From Chloroflexota bacterium (GTDB taxonomy: Bacteria; Chloroflexota; Dehalococcoidia; Lucifugimonadales; UBA3495), in NCBI GenBank assembly GCA_027623675.1, contig JAQBVF010000021.1:11955-75954 (forward strand): a stretch of 64,000 bases of DNA. The letters are read 5' to 3'. This document shows, piece after piece, positions 8,922-18,650 of this stretch. Within the stretch, counting starts at the first letter, position 1, and the number at the start of each line of letters is the position of its first letter. Made by a program: the position numbers and the translations under genes. Under the pieces are notes generated by a model, which saw only the letters and a list, made by a program, of their open reading frames with translations, did no database searches and was not told the DNA's origin.

Positions 8922-10271
8922 ATGCCTGGTCCCATTCCAATCATCCCCAACGACGCCGGCCCGGACGGCCACATCCTGCACAGCTTGACCCTCTTTGCGG
9001 AGATGCTACGGCGGGTGGGGTTGGAGGTCGGCTCCGGCAACATGCTGGACCTGGTCAAGGCCACCGAGCACGTGTCCATCGGTAAGAGGGGTGAATTTTT
9101 CCAGGCCGCCCGAAGCATTCTGGTGCACCGCAAGCAGGACCTGCCCATCTTCGACGAGGCCTTCCAGGTGTTCTGGCGCAAACCCTCTGACCGCACGACC
9201 ACCATGGACCTGCGTTCGCTGGGAGAACAGAAACGCTTCAAGAAGCCCCAGGTATCCACCGGCCGCGACGACGAACCGGGAAACGCCGGGACCGTCCAGG
9301 GCGAACCTGACGACGATTCGGTGCAGAACGTGGACCTGAGCCGCACCTACAGCGCGGTGGAGGTCTTTCGCCAGAAGGACTTCTCCGAATTCACATCGCG
9401 GGAGATGGCCGATGCGCGCCTGATGATGTCCGGCCTGAGCTGGGACCTGGGGCAGCGCCGCACCCGCCGTTTAACCGCGGGAAGGTCGGGGCCGCTGGAC
9501 CTGCGCCGGACCATGCGAAACAGCCTGCGGAACGGCGGCGAGTTCCTGGACCTTTCGCACCGGTCTCCCAAAGACAAACCCCGCTCCCTGGTGCTCATCT
9601 GCGACGTGAGCGGTTCCATGGAACGTTACACCCGCATCCTGCTCCAGTTCATCCACACCATCGCCGGTGGCTCGCTCATGGGCGGCGTCGAGCAACTCGA
9701 AGCATTTTTGTTCGCCACGCGGCTCACCCGGATCACCCGGAGCTTGAAATACCGCAGCATCGACCAGGCGGTTGACGAAGTCTCGAAGTCGGTCCCCGAC
9801 TGGGCCGGCGGCACGCGAATCGGCGACGCGGTCAAGACGTTCAATTACACCTGGCTGCGGCGGGTGCTGCGCGGACAGGCTGTGGTCTTGATCATCTCCG
9901 ATGGCTGGGACCGTGGCGACCCGGAGCTACTGGCCCGGGAAACGTCACGGCTGCAGCGCAGTTGCCATCGGCTCATCTGGCTGAACCCGCTGCTAGGCTC
10001 TCCCGACTACCAGCCGCTGACCCAAGGGATGAAGGCGGCGCTGCCATTCGTGGACGATTTCCTGCCGGTGCACAACCTGAACAGCCTGCAATCGCTGGCT
10101 CAACACCTGAATTCCCTGGCTCCCGACCGTACTCTAGGACCGGCGTACCATACTCCTGCCAAGGAACAGGAACCTGAGCCGGAGCCTGGGGCGGCCGCCG
10201 CACCGGACCGGCCCATAGACCGGCTGAAGCTGCCCACCTTCCAGCACCCCCAATGGGGCAAGAGACCCTAG
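8922..10271 (+). CDS. VWA-domain protein, CoxE-like
   Basis: DVSGSMERY MIDAS, F.FATRLT, W.GGTRIG, SDGWDRG, WLNPL. Confidence 0.92.
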   Translation: MPGPIPIIPNDAGPDGHILHSLTLFAEMLRRVGLEVGSGNMLDLVKATEHVSIGKRGEFFQAARSILVHRKQDLPIFDEAFQVFWRKPSDRTTTMDLRSLGEQKRFKKPQVSTGRDDEPGNAGTVQGEPDDDSVQNVDLSRTYSAVEVFRQKDFSEFTSREMADARLMMSGLSWDLGQRRTRRLTAGRSGPLDLRRTMRNSLRNGGEFLDLSHRSPKDKPRSLVLICDVSGSMERYTRILLQFIHTIAGGSLMGGVEQLEAFLFATRLTRITRSLKYRSIDQAVDEVSKSVPDWAGGTRIGDAVKTFNYTWLRRVLRGQAVVLIISDGWDRGDPELLARETSRLQRSCHRLIWLNPLLGSPDYQPLTQGMKAALPFVDDFLPVHNLNSLQSLAQHLNSLAPDRTLGPAYHTPAKEQEPEPEPGAAAAPDRPIDRLKLPTFQHPQWGKRP

Positions 10272-10287
10272 CGTACCAGCGAGATCG

Positions 10288-11022
10288 TCAGTCCCGTTGG
10301 GCGAGAGACGGACAGACCGTCTTCCCCAATAGCAACACCACTGCGAACGACAAGGCAGCCAAGGCCCCACCGGCCATGGCGTCCAGGATAAAGTGGTTGC
10401 CCGTGAGCACGATGGCGAGAAAAGTCACAGCCGGATACGCCAAGCCCAGAAGACGCCACCAGCCGCTGAGCGACCTCCAGAACAACACTCCCAGTATCGC
10501 CGTCCAACTGAAATGCAGGCTGGGCATGGCGGCCGAGATGTTGTAGAGCGATGCCATGCCCTCGCTGCCGTAAAATGTCGGCCCAAACTCTTGGATGGTG
10601 TTGAGCAGATCAACGCCCGGGACGGCGAAGGGCGACGCCACGGGGAATAGCATGAAGGTGAGCAAAGCGCCGGCCAGGTCGACAAATACGACCGTGCGGT
10701 AGAAGTTGTAGTCTCGCCGCCGCCGCAGGTACAGGACCAAAGCGGCCACCAATATCACTGGCCAATAGGTGATGATGTACACCCAGTTCAGCGTGACCAC
10801 CAGCCCCTTCACGTTCTCCACCGCCCACGACTGCCAACCCGGCTCCCAGAGAAACCCCAGGCTTTCCTCCAGGGAGACTATCTTGCCGGCGTTGCGCAGG
10901 CCCTCCGCCTGGGTGTCAGCGTAGACCAGCCCCCTGGTCGCCAGGTAGACCAGATAGGCGGCAATATAGAGGGCAATCTCCCGCAGGGCCGGAAGCCTAT
11001 CTCGTAGGGCGGTTGTCACCAT
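10288..11022 (-). CDS. PAP2-like / inositol-phosphorylceramide-synthase (Aur1)-like membrane protein, copy 2
   Basis: AAMPSLHFSW and TGNHFILDA motifs; ATG at 11022 preferred over the TTG at 11127. Confidence 0.8.
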   Translation of the reverse strand: MVTTALRDRLPALREIALYIAAYLVYLATRGLVYADTQAEGLRNAGKIVSLEESLGFLWEPGWQSWAVENVKGLVVTLNWVYIITYWPVILVAALVLYLRRRRDYNFYRTVVFVDLAGALLTFMLFPVASPFAVPGVDLLNTIQEFGPTFYGSEGMASLYNISAAMPSLHFSWTAILGVLFWRSLSGWWRLLGLAYPAVTFLAIVLTGNHFILDAMAGGALAALSFAVVLLLGKTVCPSLAQRD

Positions 11023-11123
11023 GGCATACAAGCCCGCCGGCCCCGCCCCGTTAGCTTCCGAAACGGCGTGCCGGTGGCAGTCGAGGTGGTCCGTGGTTGA
11101 ATTTGGCCGGTCTTGTGCGCCAT

Positions 11124-11942
11124 TCAATCGGCGGATTGAGACGGTCCGCCGGCAGTCCCAGGCCCGTGGCCAAACTCGGCGCGGGCCCTGGCAATCAACA
11201 CGGGCAGAAAGAAGCGCCTGCGGAGGCCGAGTTCCATGGTCAGATATGAAGCCAAGACCAACAGTCCCCCACCGACCGCGTCCATGATGTAGTGATTGCC
11301 AGTGATAGTTATGGCAAACAGCGTCAAGGTCGGGTAGATGACACCAAACACCTTGATCAGTCTATTATTCGTCCGGAGGAACATTACGCCGAACATCACG
11401 GTCCAGCCGAAATGAAGGCTGGGCATGGCGGCATAAGCATTGTAGTAATTGGCGAATTCGCGGCTGGCATAGCCCGATGGGCCAAAGGCGCCGATGGTGT
11501 CCACGAAGTGCTCGGCCATCATCCGGGGCGGCGCCAACGGAAACAACATGAAACCCAACAGGGCGATCACGAAACTGAGCAAAACCACATTCCGGTAGTA
11601 CTTGTAACGGTCCCGGTTGGTTAGATACAGAACCACCGCGGCGGTGAGAACAATGGGAAAGAAGGTAACTATGTAGGCCCAGTTGAAGAAGATCACCAGA
11701 GACAGTGCGCTTTCAATGGCCCACGCCTGCCAGACCGGCTCCCAGAAGAAACCCAAGTTCGTTTCGAAATCGATGACGCGGCGGGCGTTGGCTAAGGCGG
11801 TGCCTTGGAAATCTGAAAAGACCAGGGCGCGGGAGTACATGTAGAGGAAATAGCCGCCCACGACAATGCCTATCTCTCGCAGGTGCGGGAGCCATAACCT
11901 GGACCGGGGCCAACTGAGTGAAGCGTTATTAATCTTGGCCAT
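11124..11942 (-). CDS. PAP2-like / Aur1-like membrane protein, copy 1
   Basis: PLAPPR, AAMPSLHFGW, TGNHYIMDA; start uncertain. Confidence 0.82.
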   Translation of the reverse strand: MAKINNASLSWPRSRLWLPHLREIGIVVGGYFLYMYSRALVFSDFQGTALANARRVIDFETNLGFFWEPVWQAWAIESALSLVIFFNWAYIVTFFPIVLTAAVVLYLTNRDRYKYYRNVVLLSFVIALLGFMLFPLAPPRMMAEHFVDTIGAFGPSGYASREFANYYNAYAAMPSLHFGWTVMFGVMFLRTNNRLIKVFGVIYPTLTLFAITITGNHYIMDAVGGGLLVLASYLTMELGLRRRFFLPVLIARARAEFGHGPGTAGGPSQSAD

Positions 11943-12129
11943 TATCAGGCTGTCTTGTCGACCGATCGAATCCGGACCTTGGGGCGTCCAACCTAGCCAG
12001 CCGGCAGATACGGAGTCCAGTCCCGGCGACTCAACTGATTTCGATGCGCCGGCGACCGGGAGGTTTCCGCTGTTCAACCCAATTTTGACCCGCCTCGTCC
12101 CGAAATACCAGACCCGAAGGGCATAAATC

Positions 12130-13425
12130 TCACACCGGCTCTTCTTTCTTGGTCTCCAGTGGAGTTTCATCGTGCGGGTCTAAGGTAACGCCCGCGGCGG
12201 GCACCGAGTCTTCGGCTTTTGCGCCGTTGCCATGGGAGGGCTTCACCCCGTTCACTTGCAACAACAAAGGCTCAGGTTGAAGTTCCACCGGACCCCGGCG
12301 CCGTGCGGCGGCGCTGCCCTTGTAAACGCTGCAATCCAGGCATCCAACCCACTTCTCAGGTGTGATTCCCTTGTTGAACAGACCTCGGGCCGTGGTGTAT
12401 TGGGCGTTGTTCCAGACGGCCTTCACCGTTGACTCGTTGAGGTCGCCAAAATCCTCGGTCTTGTCGGTGAGGTAACAACAGGGCGAGACCCCCCCATCCC
12501 AGTTGACCACCGCGGACCGCCACAACCGCCAACAGGCGCGGCCGTCTTCCTGGTAGGGTTTGTGGAACGGTTCATCCCTCAGGTACTCGGGATGCTGACG
12601 TGGCAGCCATCGTTCGGCTTCGGCGGGGTCATCTTCGCCGTGGGGAAAGTCTACTTTCTTGAAAACCAGCGAGTCGACCCCCAACTCTCCGGCCAACTGG
12701 CGGGCCTCATCCAACTGGTGCTCGTTCTGCCGCATGACGATAAACTGCCACTCGATATGGGGGGTCTTCGAGCCCAACTCCCGCTTCTTGCGGTCCAAGA
12801 GCCGCAGATTGTCCAACACACGGTCCATGTGGCCGGTCACGCGGTAGATCTCGTATACGTCCTGAGTCACGCCATCCAGCGAGACGATCATAACGTCCAG
12901 TCCCGATCTGATCACCTGCTCCGCCATCTCGGGGGTCAGGGGTTTGTTCAGATTGGAACTGATGATCGTGGCGATCTTCTGTTTATGGGCGTACGCGATG
13001 TATTCGTGGATCCTAGCATTCAGGAAGGGTTCGCCCCAGCTGTAGAGCGTGAGCCACATGCAGGAGTCTTTGATCTGGTCGACGGTCTCAGTGAAGAGAC
13101 CGTAGTCCATCACGCCCTGGTCCCGGTGGATCGTGCCTTTGCCGGTGTGACAAAGGGGGCATTTCAACTGGCAGATATTGGTGGTGTCGATCTCCCATTC
13201 GTAGGGCGACCCGGAGACGATCCGCTTCGTGAACCTGAGTTGGGACTCAACCCGGAGGAAGTTCCAGAATTTACGCCAGCTGAAATACCGGGCCGCCAGC
13301 CAGAACCGCTGGTCTCTGCGGCCGTCGGCAACCGACTCAATCACGCCGCCATTAACCTGCAGCCAACGTTCGCCAACATAGATGGCTATCTTGAGTATCC
13401 AGAAGAAAGGGTTATATCGGACCAT
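12130..13425 (-). CDS. Radical SAM protein with SPASM/twitch domain
   Basis: CQLKCPLC, WGEPFL, C..LW....V.WDG.VSPCC, C-terminal CLDC. Confidence 0.9.
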   Translation of the reverse strand: MVRYNPFFWILKIAIYVGERWLQVNGGVIESVADGRRDQRFWLAARYFSWRKFWNFLRVESQLRFTKRIVSGSPYEWEIDTTNICQLKCPLCHTGKGTIHRDQGVMDYGLFTETVDQIKDSCMWLTLYSWGEPFLNARIHEYIAYAHKQKIATIISSNLNKPLTPEMAEQVIRSGLDVMIVSLDGVTQDVYEIYRVTGHMDRVLDNLRLLDRKKRELGSKTPHIEWQFIVMRQNEHQLDEARQLAGELGVDSLVFKKVDFPHGEDDPAEAERWLPRQHPEYLRDEPFHKPYQEDGRACWRLWRSAVVNWDGGVSPCCYLTDKTEDFGDLNESTVKAVWNNAQYTTARGLFNKGITPEKWVGCLDCSVYKGSAAARRRGPVELQPEPLLLQVNGVKPSHGNGAKAEDSVPAAGVTLDPHDETPLETKKEEPV

Positions 13426-13611
13426 TTTCTACAAGGGAACAGGCAACCCGGCCAGGTTACAGGGTCGCCTCGGGATTCCCTCACCCCCAATGAAGTCCGT
13501 TAGGCTGGTCGAGCAGCCGCGCTCGCCCGGCGAGACACCTTCGTCTGCGACAGCTTCACGGCTCCGTTTCTTAGGCTTTTAGGTCTTGGCCGCCGCGCTG
13601 TCTACAACTAT

Positions 13612-13645
13612 ATATGATTCAGAATCAAAAAATATGATTCAATCA
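13612..13645. promoter_or_regulatory. Twin palindromic operator-like sites in a divergent promoter region
   Basis: ATATGATTCA at 13612 and 13632; palindromes TGATTC-A-GAATCA (13615-13627) and TGATT-C-AATCA (13635-13645). Confidence 0.5.
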
Positions 13646-13821
13646 GGCCGAAAATACCGGCCGAAAATTTCAGACCGTATGATGCAGTTCAAAATTGACT
13701 AGGCTCAAACCGGCGGAGTATCCTTGTTTAATTCTCAAGGACCTACCCTCCGGCGCCCCGCCGGTAACCCCTCCAACAGGCTCCTATGCTGTACGGGCCA
13801 TTGGACCGAAAGGCGACGTAT

Positions 13822-14286
13822 ATGAGTTCGAAGAAGCAGGTTTTTTCCCCGGCCCAGCGGTCACTTTTGACCGAGGTCATAAACCGCATAATTCCTCCCA
13901 AGGACCAACACCCCGGTGCGGGCGACCTGGGGATCGCCTCATTCATCGAAGATGCCGCGGCGGGCGCAACGGGCCTCACCCGACTGTTCAACGAGGGACT
14001 GGCCCAGATAGCTGTCGCCGCCGGTCAAAGCCCAGCCGGTGCGTTCAGCGCGCTGCCCAACGCCGACAAGGACGAATTGCTGCGGGCTATCGAGGCGGCC
14101 AATGCCACTTTCTTCGACCAATTGGTGCTTCAGACCTATAATGGCTATTACACTAACCCAAAGGTCTTCGAGGTCATAGGCTATACTATGCCTACCCTGG
14201 CCCCTCCTGGTTCCCAGCCGGAGTTGCTGGACGTGTCGCTCCTAGACCAGCAACGGAAGCGGGAGCCGTTCTGGAAGAAAGTCTAG
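13822..14286 (+). CDS. Gluconate 2-dehydrogenase subunit 3-family protein
   Basis: RIIP...PGA.D.G...FI, F..L...T..GYY..P.V...IGY. Confidence 0.75.
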   Translation: MSSKKQVFSPAQRSLLTEVINRIIPPKDQHPGAGDLGIASFIEDAAAGATGLTRLFNEGLAQIAVAAGQSPAGAFSALPNADKDELLRAIEAANATFFDQLVLQTYNGYYTNPKVFEVIGYTMPTLAPPGSQPELLDVSLLDQQRKREPFWKKV

Positions 14287-14433
14287 CCGGGTCTGAAGAT
14301 TCAGGCAGCAAACAAGCCGGCATCCCCGAAGTTCGCGACGAGGGAAACAAGCACCGGCAGCCTGATACGAAAGTCTGAATCCGAGGACTGAAACCGAAAC
14401 CTCCAACCAAAGCCTGTTACCAAAAGGCGCATT

Positions 14434-15099
14434 ATGCCAAGAGAAGATTTTGACCAACAACTGAATCAGCTGCAATCAGAGGTCGAGACCCTTGCTCAGA
14501 TCGTGAGCAAGTCCATCAACCGGGCCGTTGATGCGCTGAAACGGCGGGACCTGGTCGCGTCGCAACAAGTGATCAACGACGACGACCACATCGACCAGAG
14601 GCGGTTCGAGATTGAGGAGCGCTGCGTCGACATGATTGCGACTCAGCAGCCAATGGCCGGCGACCTGCGGGCCATCATCGCCCTGCTGCACATCGTGGTT
14701 GAACTGGAGCGCATGGGGGACTACGCCGAAGGCATCGCCAAGATCAGCCTATCCATGGGCGAGATGCCGCCGCTGAAGCCGCTGATCGACATACCCCGCA
14801 TGGCAGAGAAAGCCACCACCATGTTGAACGACAGCATCGACTCGCTCCTGAGCCGGGATATGGTGAAAGCCAATGCCGTCTGTCAGGCCGATGACGAGGT
14901 GGATGACCTATATGACCAGGTCTACCGGGAACTCTTGCTGTTCATGATCCAAGACCCGGACACCATCCAGCGCGCCACCTACCTGCTGTGGGTTGCCCAC
15001 GACCTGGAGCGAATCGCCGACCGGGCCACTAACATCGCCGAGCGCGTGATCTTCTTGGTGAGCGGCAAGTTGGTGGAGATTAACGTCTCCCGCTACTAG
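14434..15099 (+). CDS. phoU: Phosphate signalling protein PhoU (stand-alone paralogue)
   Basis: QQPMAGDLR, ELERMGDYA, DDEVD.LY, LERIADRATNIAE. Confidence 0.95.
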   Translation: MPREDFDQQLNQLQSEVETLAQIVSKSINRAVDALKRRDLVASQQVINDDDHIDQRRFEIEERCVDMIATQQPMAGDLRAIIALLHIVVELERMGDYAEGIAKISLSMGEMPPLKPLIDIPRMAEKATTMLNDSIDSLLSRDMVKANAVCQADDEVDDLYDQVYRELLLFMIQDPDTIQRATYLLWVAHDLERIADRATNIAERVIFLVSGKLVEINVSRY

Positions 15100-15126
15100 G
15101 CCCGTCACCCGGTTAACCCGACGCTG

Positions 15127-16035
15127 CTAGGCGGTGAACGCCAACTGCAACTGGCCCCTGGACGCCATGTTCTCCTGCACCTTGGCCCTATCCGGCAGGT
15201 CCCATTCGCGGCGCACACGGTCCACCGTGCCCAAGATACTCTTCGTGTAGTCCTGGGGCGCATAGGTCTTGTTGTTGTAGAGACGGTTGTAGCCGGGGGT
15301 CAGGTGAGGGTAGGCCTCCCGCAGCATGGGCATGAACCACTCTTTGGAGCCAGGTTTTAGGAACAACACGTTGGCCCCTAGATACTGGGCCTTGTGTCCG
15401 TGGGCCGCCTCCACCACCGCGCGGATGTTCTCCTCATTATCGGTGATGCCCGGCAGCAGCGGGGCCATCATCACCCCGGCCGACACGCCGCTTTCCACCA
15501 AGAACTGCATGGCTTCCAGACGGGCCTGGGGCCGCGGGGTGCCCGGCTCCATCATCTGCCAAACTTTCTCATCAGTGGTCCCGATGCTGAAATTAACGTG
15601 GACGTCGGCAGCCTGGGTCAGCTCGGCCAGGATATCGGCGTCGCGGCGCACCAGCACTCCCTTGGTCGTGATGGACACCGGGTTCTGGAAATCGCGGAGG
15701 ACGTGGAGGATGCGGCGGGTGATCTCATATTCGGCCTCGGCGGGCTCGTAGGGGTCGGAGGCTGTTCCGATCGCGATGGACTCGCGCCGCCAACTGGGGC
15801 GTTTCAGTTCCTTCCGCAGCACTTCGGGGGCGTTCACCTTGGCAAATACGCGGGTCTCGAAATCCCGGCCAGAATCCATGCCCCAAAATTCGTGGGTGGG
15901 CCGAGCGTAACAGTAGGTGCACGCGTGGCGGCAGCCACGGTATGGGTTCAGGGTCCACCGGAAAGGAAACCGGGGAACATCAATCTTATTGAGCAGAGTC
16001 TTGCAGTAAATCTCTTGAACGTCGGCGCCTGCCAT
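15127..16035 (-). CDS. Rv2578c/SplB-like radical SAM DNA-repair protein
   Basis: LNPYRGC.H.C.YCYAR, DPY.PAE, TK...RD, EPGTP; GGAGG RBS before ATG 16035. Confidence 0.88.
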   Translation of the reverse strand: MAGADVQEIYCKTLLNKIDVPRFPFRWTLNPYRGCRHACTYCYARPTHEFWGMDSGRDFETRVFAKVNAPEVLRKELKRPSWRRESIAIGTASDPYEPAEAEYEITRRILHVLRDFQNPVSITTKGVLVRRDADILAELTQAADVHVNFSIGTTDEKVWQMMEPGTPRPQARLEAMQFLVESGVSAGVMMAPLLPGITDNEENIRAVVEAAHGHKAQYLGANVLFLKPGSKEWFMPMLREAYPHLTPGYNRLYNNKTYAPQDYTKSILGTVDRVRREWDLPDRAKVQENMASRGQLQLAFTA

Positions 16036-16076
16036 CGCTCCTCCCTGGCCAGTCAACATACGACATAGAATTTAAT

Positions 16077-16097
16077 AGAACATTCATTCTAATTATA
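16077..16097 (-). promoter_or_regulatory. LexA (SOS) box next to a TATAAT -10 element
   Basis: AGAAC-attc-ATTCT (16077-16090), one mismatch from AGAAC-N4-GTTCT; minus-strand TATAAT at 16092-16097. Confidence 0.65.
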
Positions 16098-16180
16098 CGT
16101 TGCGCTCTCCAAGGAAGGCAACCCGGGGCCGTCAGGTGCCTGTGCTAGAATGCCACGAACGTCAATCAACCGAGGTGTAC

Positions 16181-16663
16181 ATGCTAGGGGATGCTGGTAG
16201 CATCGGAAGTCTCGTCGGCGTGGCCGTATCACTACTTGGTTTGACTATCGCTATAGTACAATTGACGAAATTAAGGGGTGAAACGAGGGCTGCCAAAGAG
16301 GCTGCTGAAGCTGCGAAACTAGCGATTGGGAGGGAGTTAGCAAGTACAGAACTCACGCGCCTAGGAGGGCGGATCGAGGCCCTTAAAGAGCTTCACCGCA
16401 GTGGAGACCTGGACCGATGTCTCTCAGCCTACTCTGAGATTCGAGAATTATTTCTCGAAATTCGTCGGCGGCATCCTGGATTATCGAACGGCCATAAGCG
16501 GAGCATATTCAGAGCCAACGTCCAAGTTGGAGACATGGAAGCAGCCATGGAGTCATTACAGGGCGAGATGACACCAGACACGATCGCCGATTTCAACAGG
16601 ATATTGACGGTGTTCCAGACACAGCTACTGCCCGTGCTAGAAGACCAACTGCAAGAGGGATGA
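16181..16663 (+). CDS. Hypothetical protein with N-terminal TM helix (lower-GC insert)
   Basis: GAGGT RBS, hydrophobic N-terminus, atypical codon usage. Confidence 0.65.
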   Translation: MLGDAGSIGSLVGVAVSLLGLTIAIVQLTKLRGETRAAKEAAEAAKLAIGRELASTELTRLGGRIEALKELHRSGDLDRCLSAYSEIRELFLEIRRRHPGLSNGHKRSIFRANVQVGDMEAAMESLQGEMTPDTIADFNRILTVFQTQLLPVLEDQLQEG

Positions 16664-16679
16664 ATAACGGAGCGCGATA

Positions 16680-17009
16680 ATGCCTGAATCGAAACTAGAC
16701 GAAGTAGCGAATAAGCTTCTTGGCCAGTCAAAAGAGAATAAAGTAAATTGGGAAGATACGGGTAAACGAGGAACCTACAGGGTTTTTTTCCCTGATGTGG
16801 CTTTAGCCATAACTAAAGTGTACCCATCGTCGGAAGACTCCGAACTGTGCCTAGAATTGATGAACGAGTCCGGGAGCGTCATAGATTATCTGGAGACCGC
16901 ACCTGGAGATAGGTACCATTCGCTCTTGAGCCAGATATTCGACTTTGCGCAGCAACATGTCCGCGATGCAGGAATCAACAAAGCGTTGGAATACCTAAAG
17001 GAAGCATAG
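16680..17009 (+). CDS. Hypothetical protein (lower-GC insert)
   Basis: GGAG RBS, 109-aa open frame, follows the previous gene closely. Confidence 0.65.
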   Translation: MPESKLDEVANKLLGQSKENKVNWEDTGKRGTYRVFFPDVALAITKVYPSSEDSELCLELMNESGSVIDYLETAPGDRYHSLLSQIFDFAQQHVRDAGINKALEYLKEA

Positions 17010-17068
17010 TCCATCCACTCCGGCTAATCCAACAAACCACGCTTCATCCCAAATTCAGCTAGACTCAT

Positions 17069-18469
17069 CTACCGCTTGTAGACCGCAGCCTCGCCCGAGC
17101 GGTCGCAGTTCAGTTTGCGGCTGAGGTGGAGGCCTTCCAGGATGAACTCCACGGTCGATGCGATGGCCTCGGGCCGGTCGTCGTCGGTCAATTTCTTGAC
17201 CGCCTGGGCCAAGCCGTCGATGCTCTTGACCAGATCCGGGTAATCAGCCGCCGGCTTATCGCTGCCGGTCTCGGCCCGGTTCCCCAGGTCGAAGGCGGTA
17301 ACCACCGGGTCAAGTTCGTCCACGTCAAAATACCGGCCAAATGTCCGCAGCACAGCCCGGCGGGTTAGGTCGTCGGTCACCCGCGACTCCCGGCCTTCCT
17401 CGAACGTCTCAAGCTCGATCTTCCCGGCGAATGAAGCCACGATGAACGACAGGTCGCTCACCCTGGGGCAGGCCCACTGCTCGCCGTTGCGGATGGACCG
17501 GCGCACGGCGTTACCCAGCATGACCTCGTAGTTGGCGATGGACACCCGGACGCTGACACCGGAGCGCTGGTTGATCTCGCCGCTGAGACGAGCCTGGAAA
17601 GTGATCTCGGCCAGCATCTCTTTCATGTAATCCGGGATGATCAGGTTCTCTTCCTCGGGGAACCTGGTGCGCTCCTGGTCCATGATTGCGATCTCTTCGT
17701 GAATCTCCTGAGGGTAGTGGGTGTGTATCTGAGAGCCGTAGCGGTCCTTGAGCGGCGTCACGATTCGGCCACGGTTGGTGTAGTCCTCCGGATTGGCCGT
17801 GGAGACCACGAACACGTCTAGGGGCAGCCGCACGCGGTAGCCCTTGATCTGCACGTCCCGCTCTTCCATCAGATTGAACAGACCAACTTGGATCCGCTCG
17901 GCCAGGTCGGGCAGCTCATTGATGCAGAAGATGCCCCGGTTGGTGCGCGGGACCATGCCGTAGTGAATCACCAGCTCGTCGGATAGGTAGTGGCCCTCCG
18001 CGACCTTGATGGGATCAATCTCACCGATCAGGTCGGCGATGGAGATATCGGGGGTCGCCAGTTTTTCCGCGTAGCGTTCGTCCCGGGGGATCCATTCCAA
18101 CGGAGTCTTGTCTCCCAGCTCTTCCAACTTGTCCAGGCATTGCCTGCAGATGGGATTGTAGGGGTTGTCGTTGATCTCGCAGCCGCCGATCTTGGGTATG
18201 GCTTCATCCAGCAGGTTGGTCAGGCTGCGGATGATCCGGGTCTTGGCCTGCCCCCGCTCGCCCAGCAGGATGATGTCCTGCCCGGCCAGAATCGCGTTCT
18301 CCAGCTGCGGTATGACCGTATGTTCAAATCCGACGATGCCGGGAAAGACAATCTCCTCGGCCCGGATCTTGGCGATCAAGTTCTTCCGCATCTCCTCGCG
18401 GATCGGGAGTACTTCATAGTTGCTCTTTCGGAGAGCTCCAACGGTTGCGGGACGTTTTGCGCTTGGCAT
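17069..18469 (-). CDS. Magnesium chelatase ChlI-like AAA+ ATPase
   Basis: LLGERGQAKTR, Y.EKLATPD, DPIKVAEG, NELPDLAERIQVGL, ANPEDYTNRGRI. Confidence 0.9.
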   Translation of the reverse strand: MPSAKRPATVGALRKSNYEVLPIREEMRKNLIAKIRAEEIVFPGIVGFEHTVIPQLENAILAGQDIILLGERGQAKTRIIRSLTNLLDEAIPKIGGCEINDNPYNPICRQCLDKLEELGDKTPLEWIPRDERYAEKLATPDISIADLIGEIDPIKVAEGHYLSDELVIHYGMVPRTNRGIFCINELPDLAERIQVGLFNLMEERDVQIKGYRVRLPLDVFVVSTANPEDYTNRGRIVTPLKDRYGSQIHTHYPQEIHEEIAIMDQERTRFPEEENLIIPDYMKEMLAEITFQARLSGEINQRSGVSVRVSIANYEVMLGNAVRRSIRNGEQWACPRVSDLSFIVASFAGKIELETFEEGRESRVTDDLTRRAVLRTFGRYFDVDELDPVVTAFDLGNRAETGSDKPAADYPDLVKSIDGLAQAVKKLTDDDRPEAIASTVEFILEGLHLSRKLNCDRSGEAAVYKR

Positions 18470-18650
18470 GCTCACCCTCCATCGACGGCTGTCTCAAGTA
18501 TCTTCACGCCATGACCGCGCGGGATTGCCGGGGTTGCCGGAATCGCAATGAGGCCGGATGCACCGGTTGGCTCGTAGTACAAATCAGTTCCAAGTTATCA
18601 TACCTTGACCTATAATTTAACCAGACAGGCCAGCGGCTTAGAGTGCGACT

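Noticed and set aside
14287..14433. Structured RNA leader before stand-alone phoU (GATTCAGGC/GTCTGAATC, repeated AAACAAGC)
   Set aside because: Pairings are plausible by chance at this GC content, with no terminator or known motif; cannot be supported without covariation
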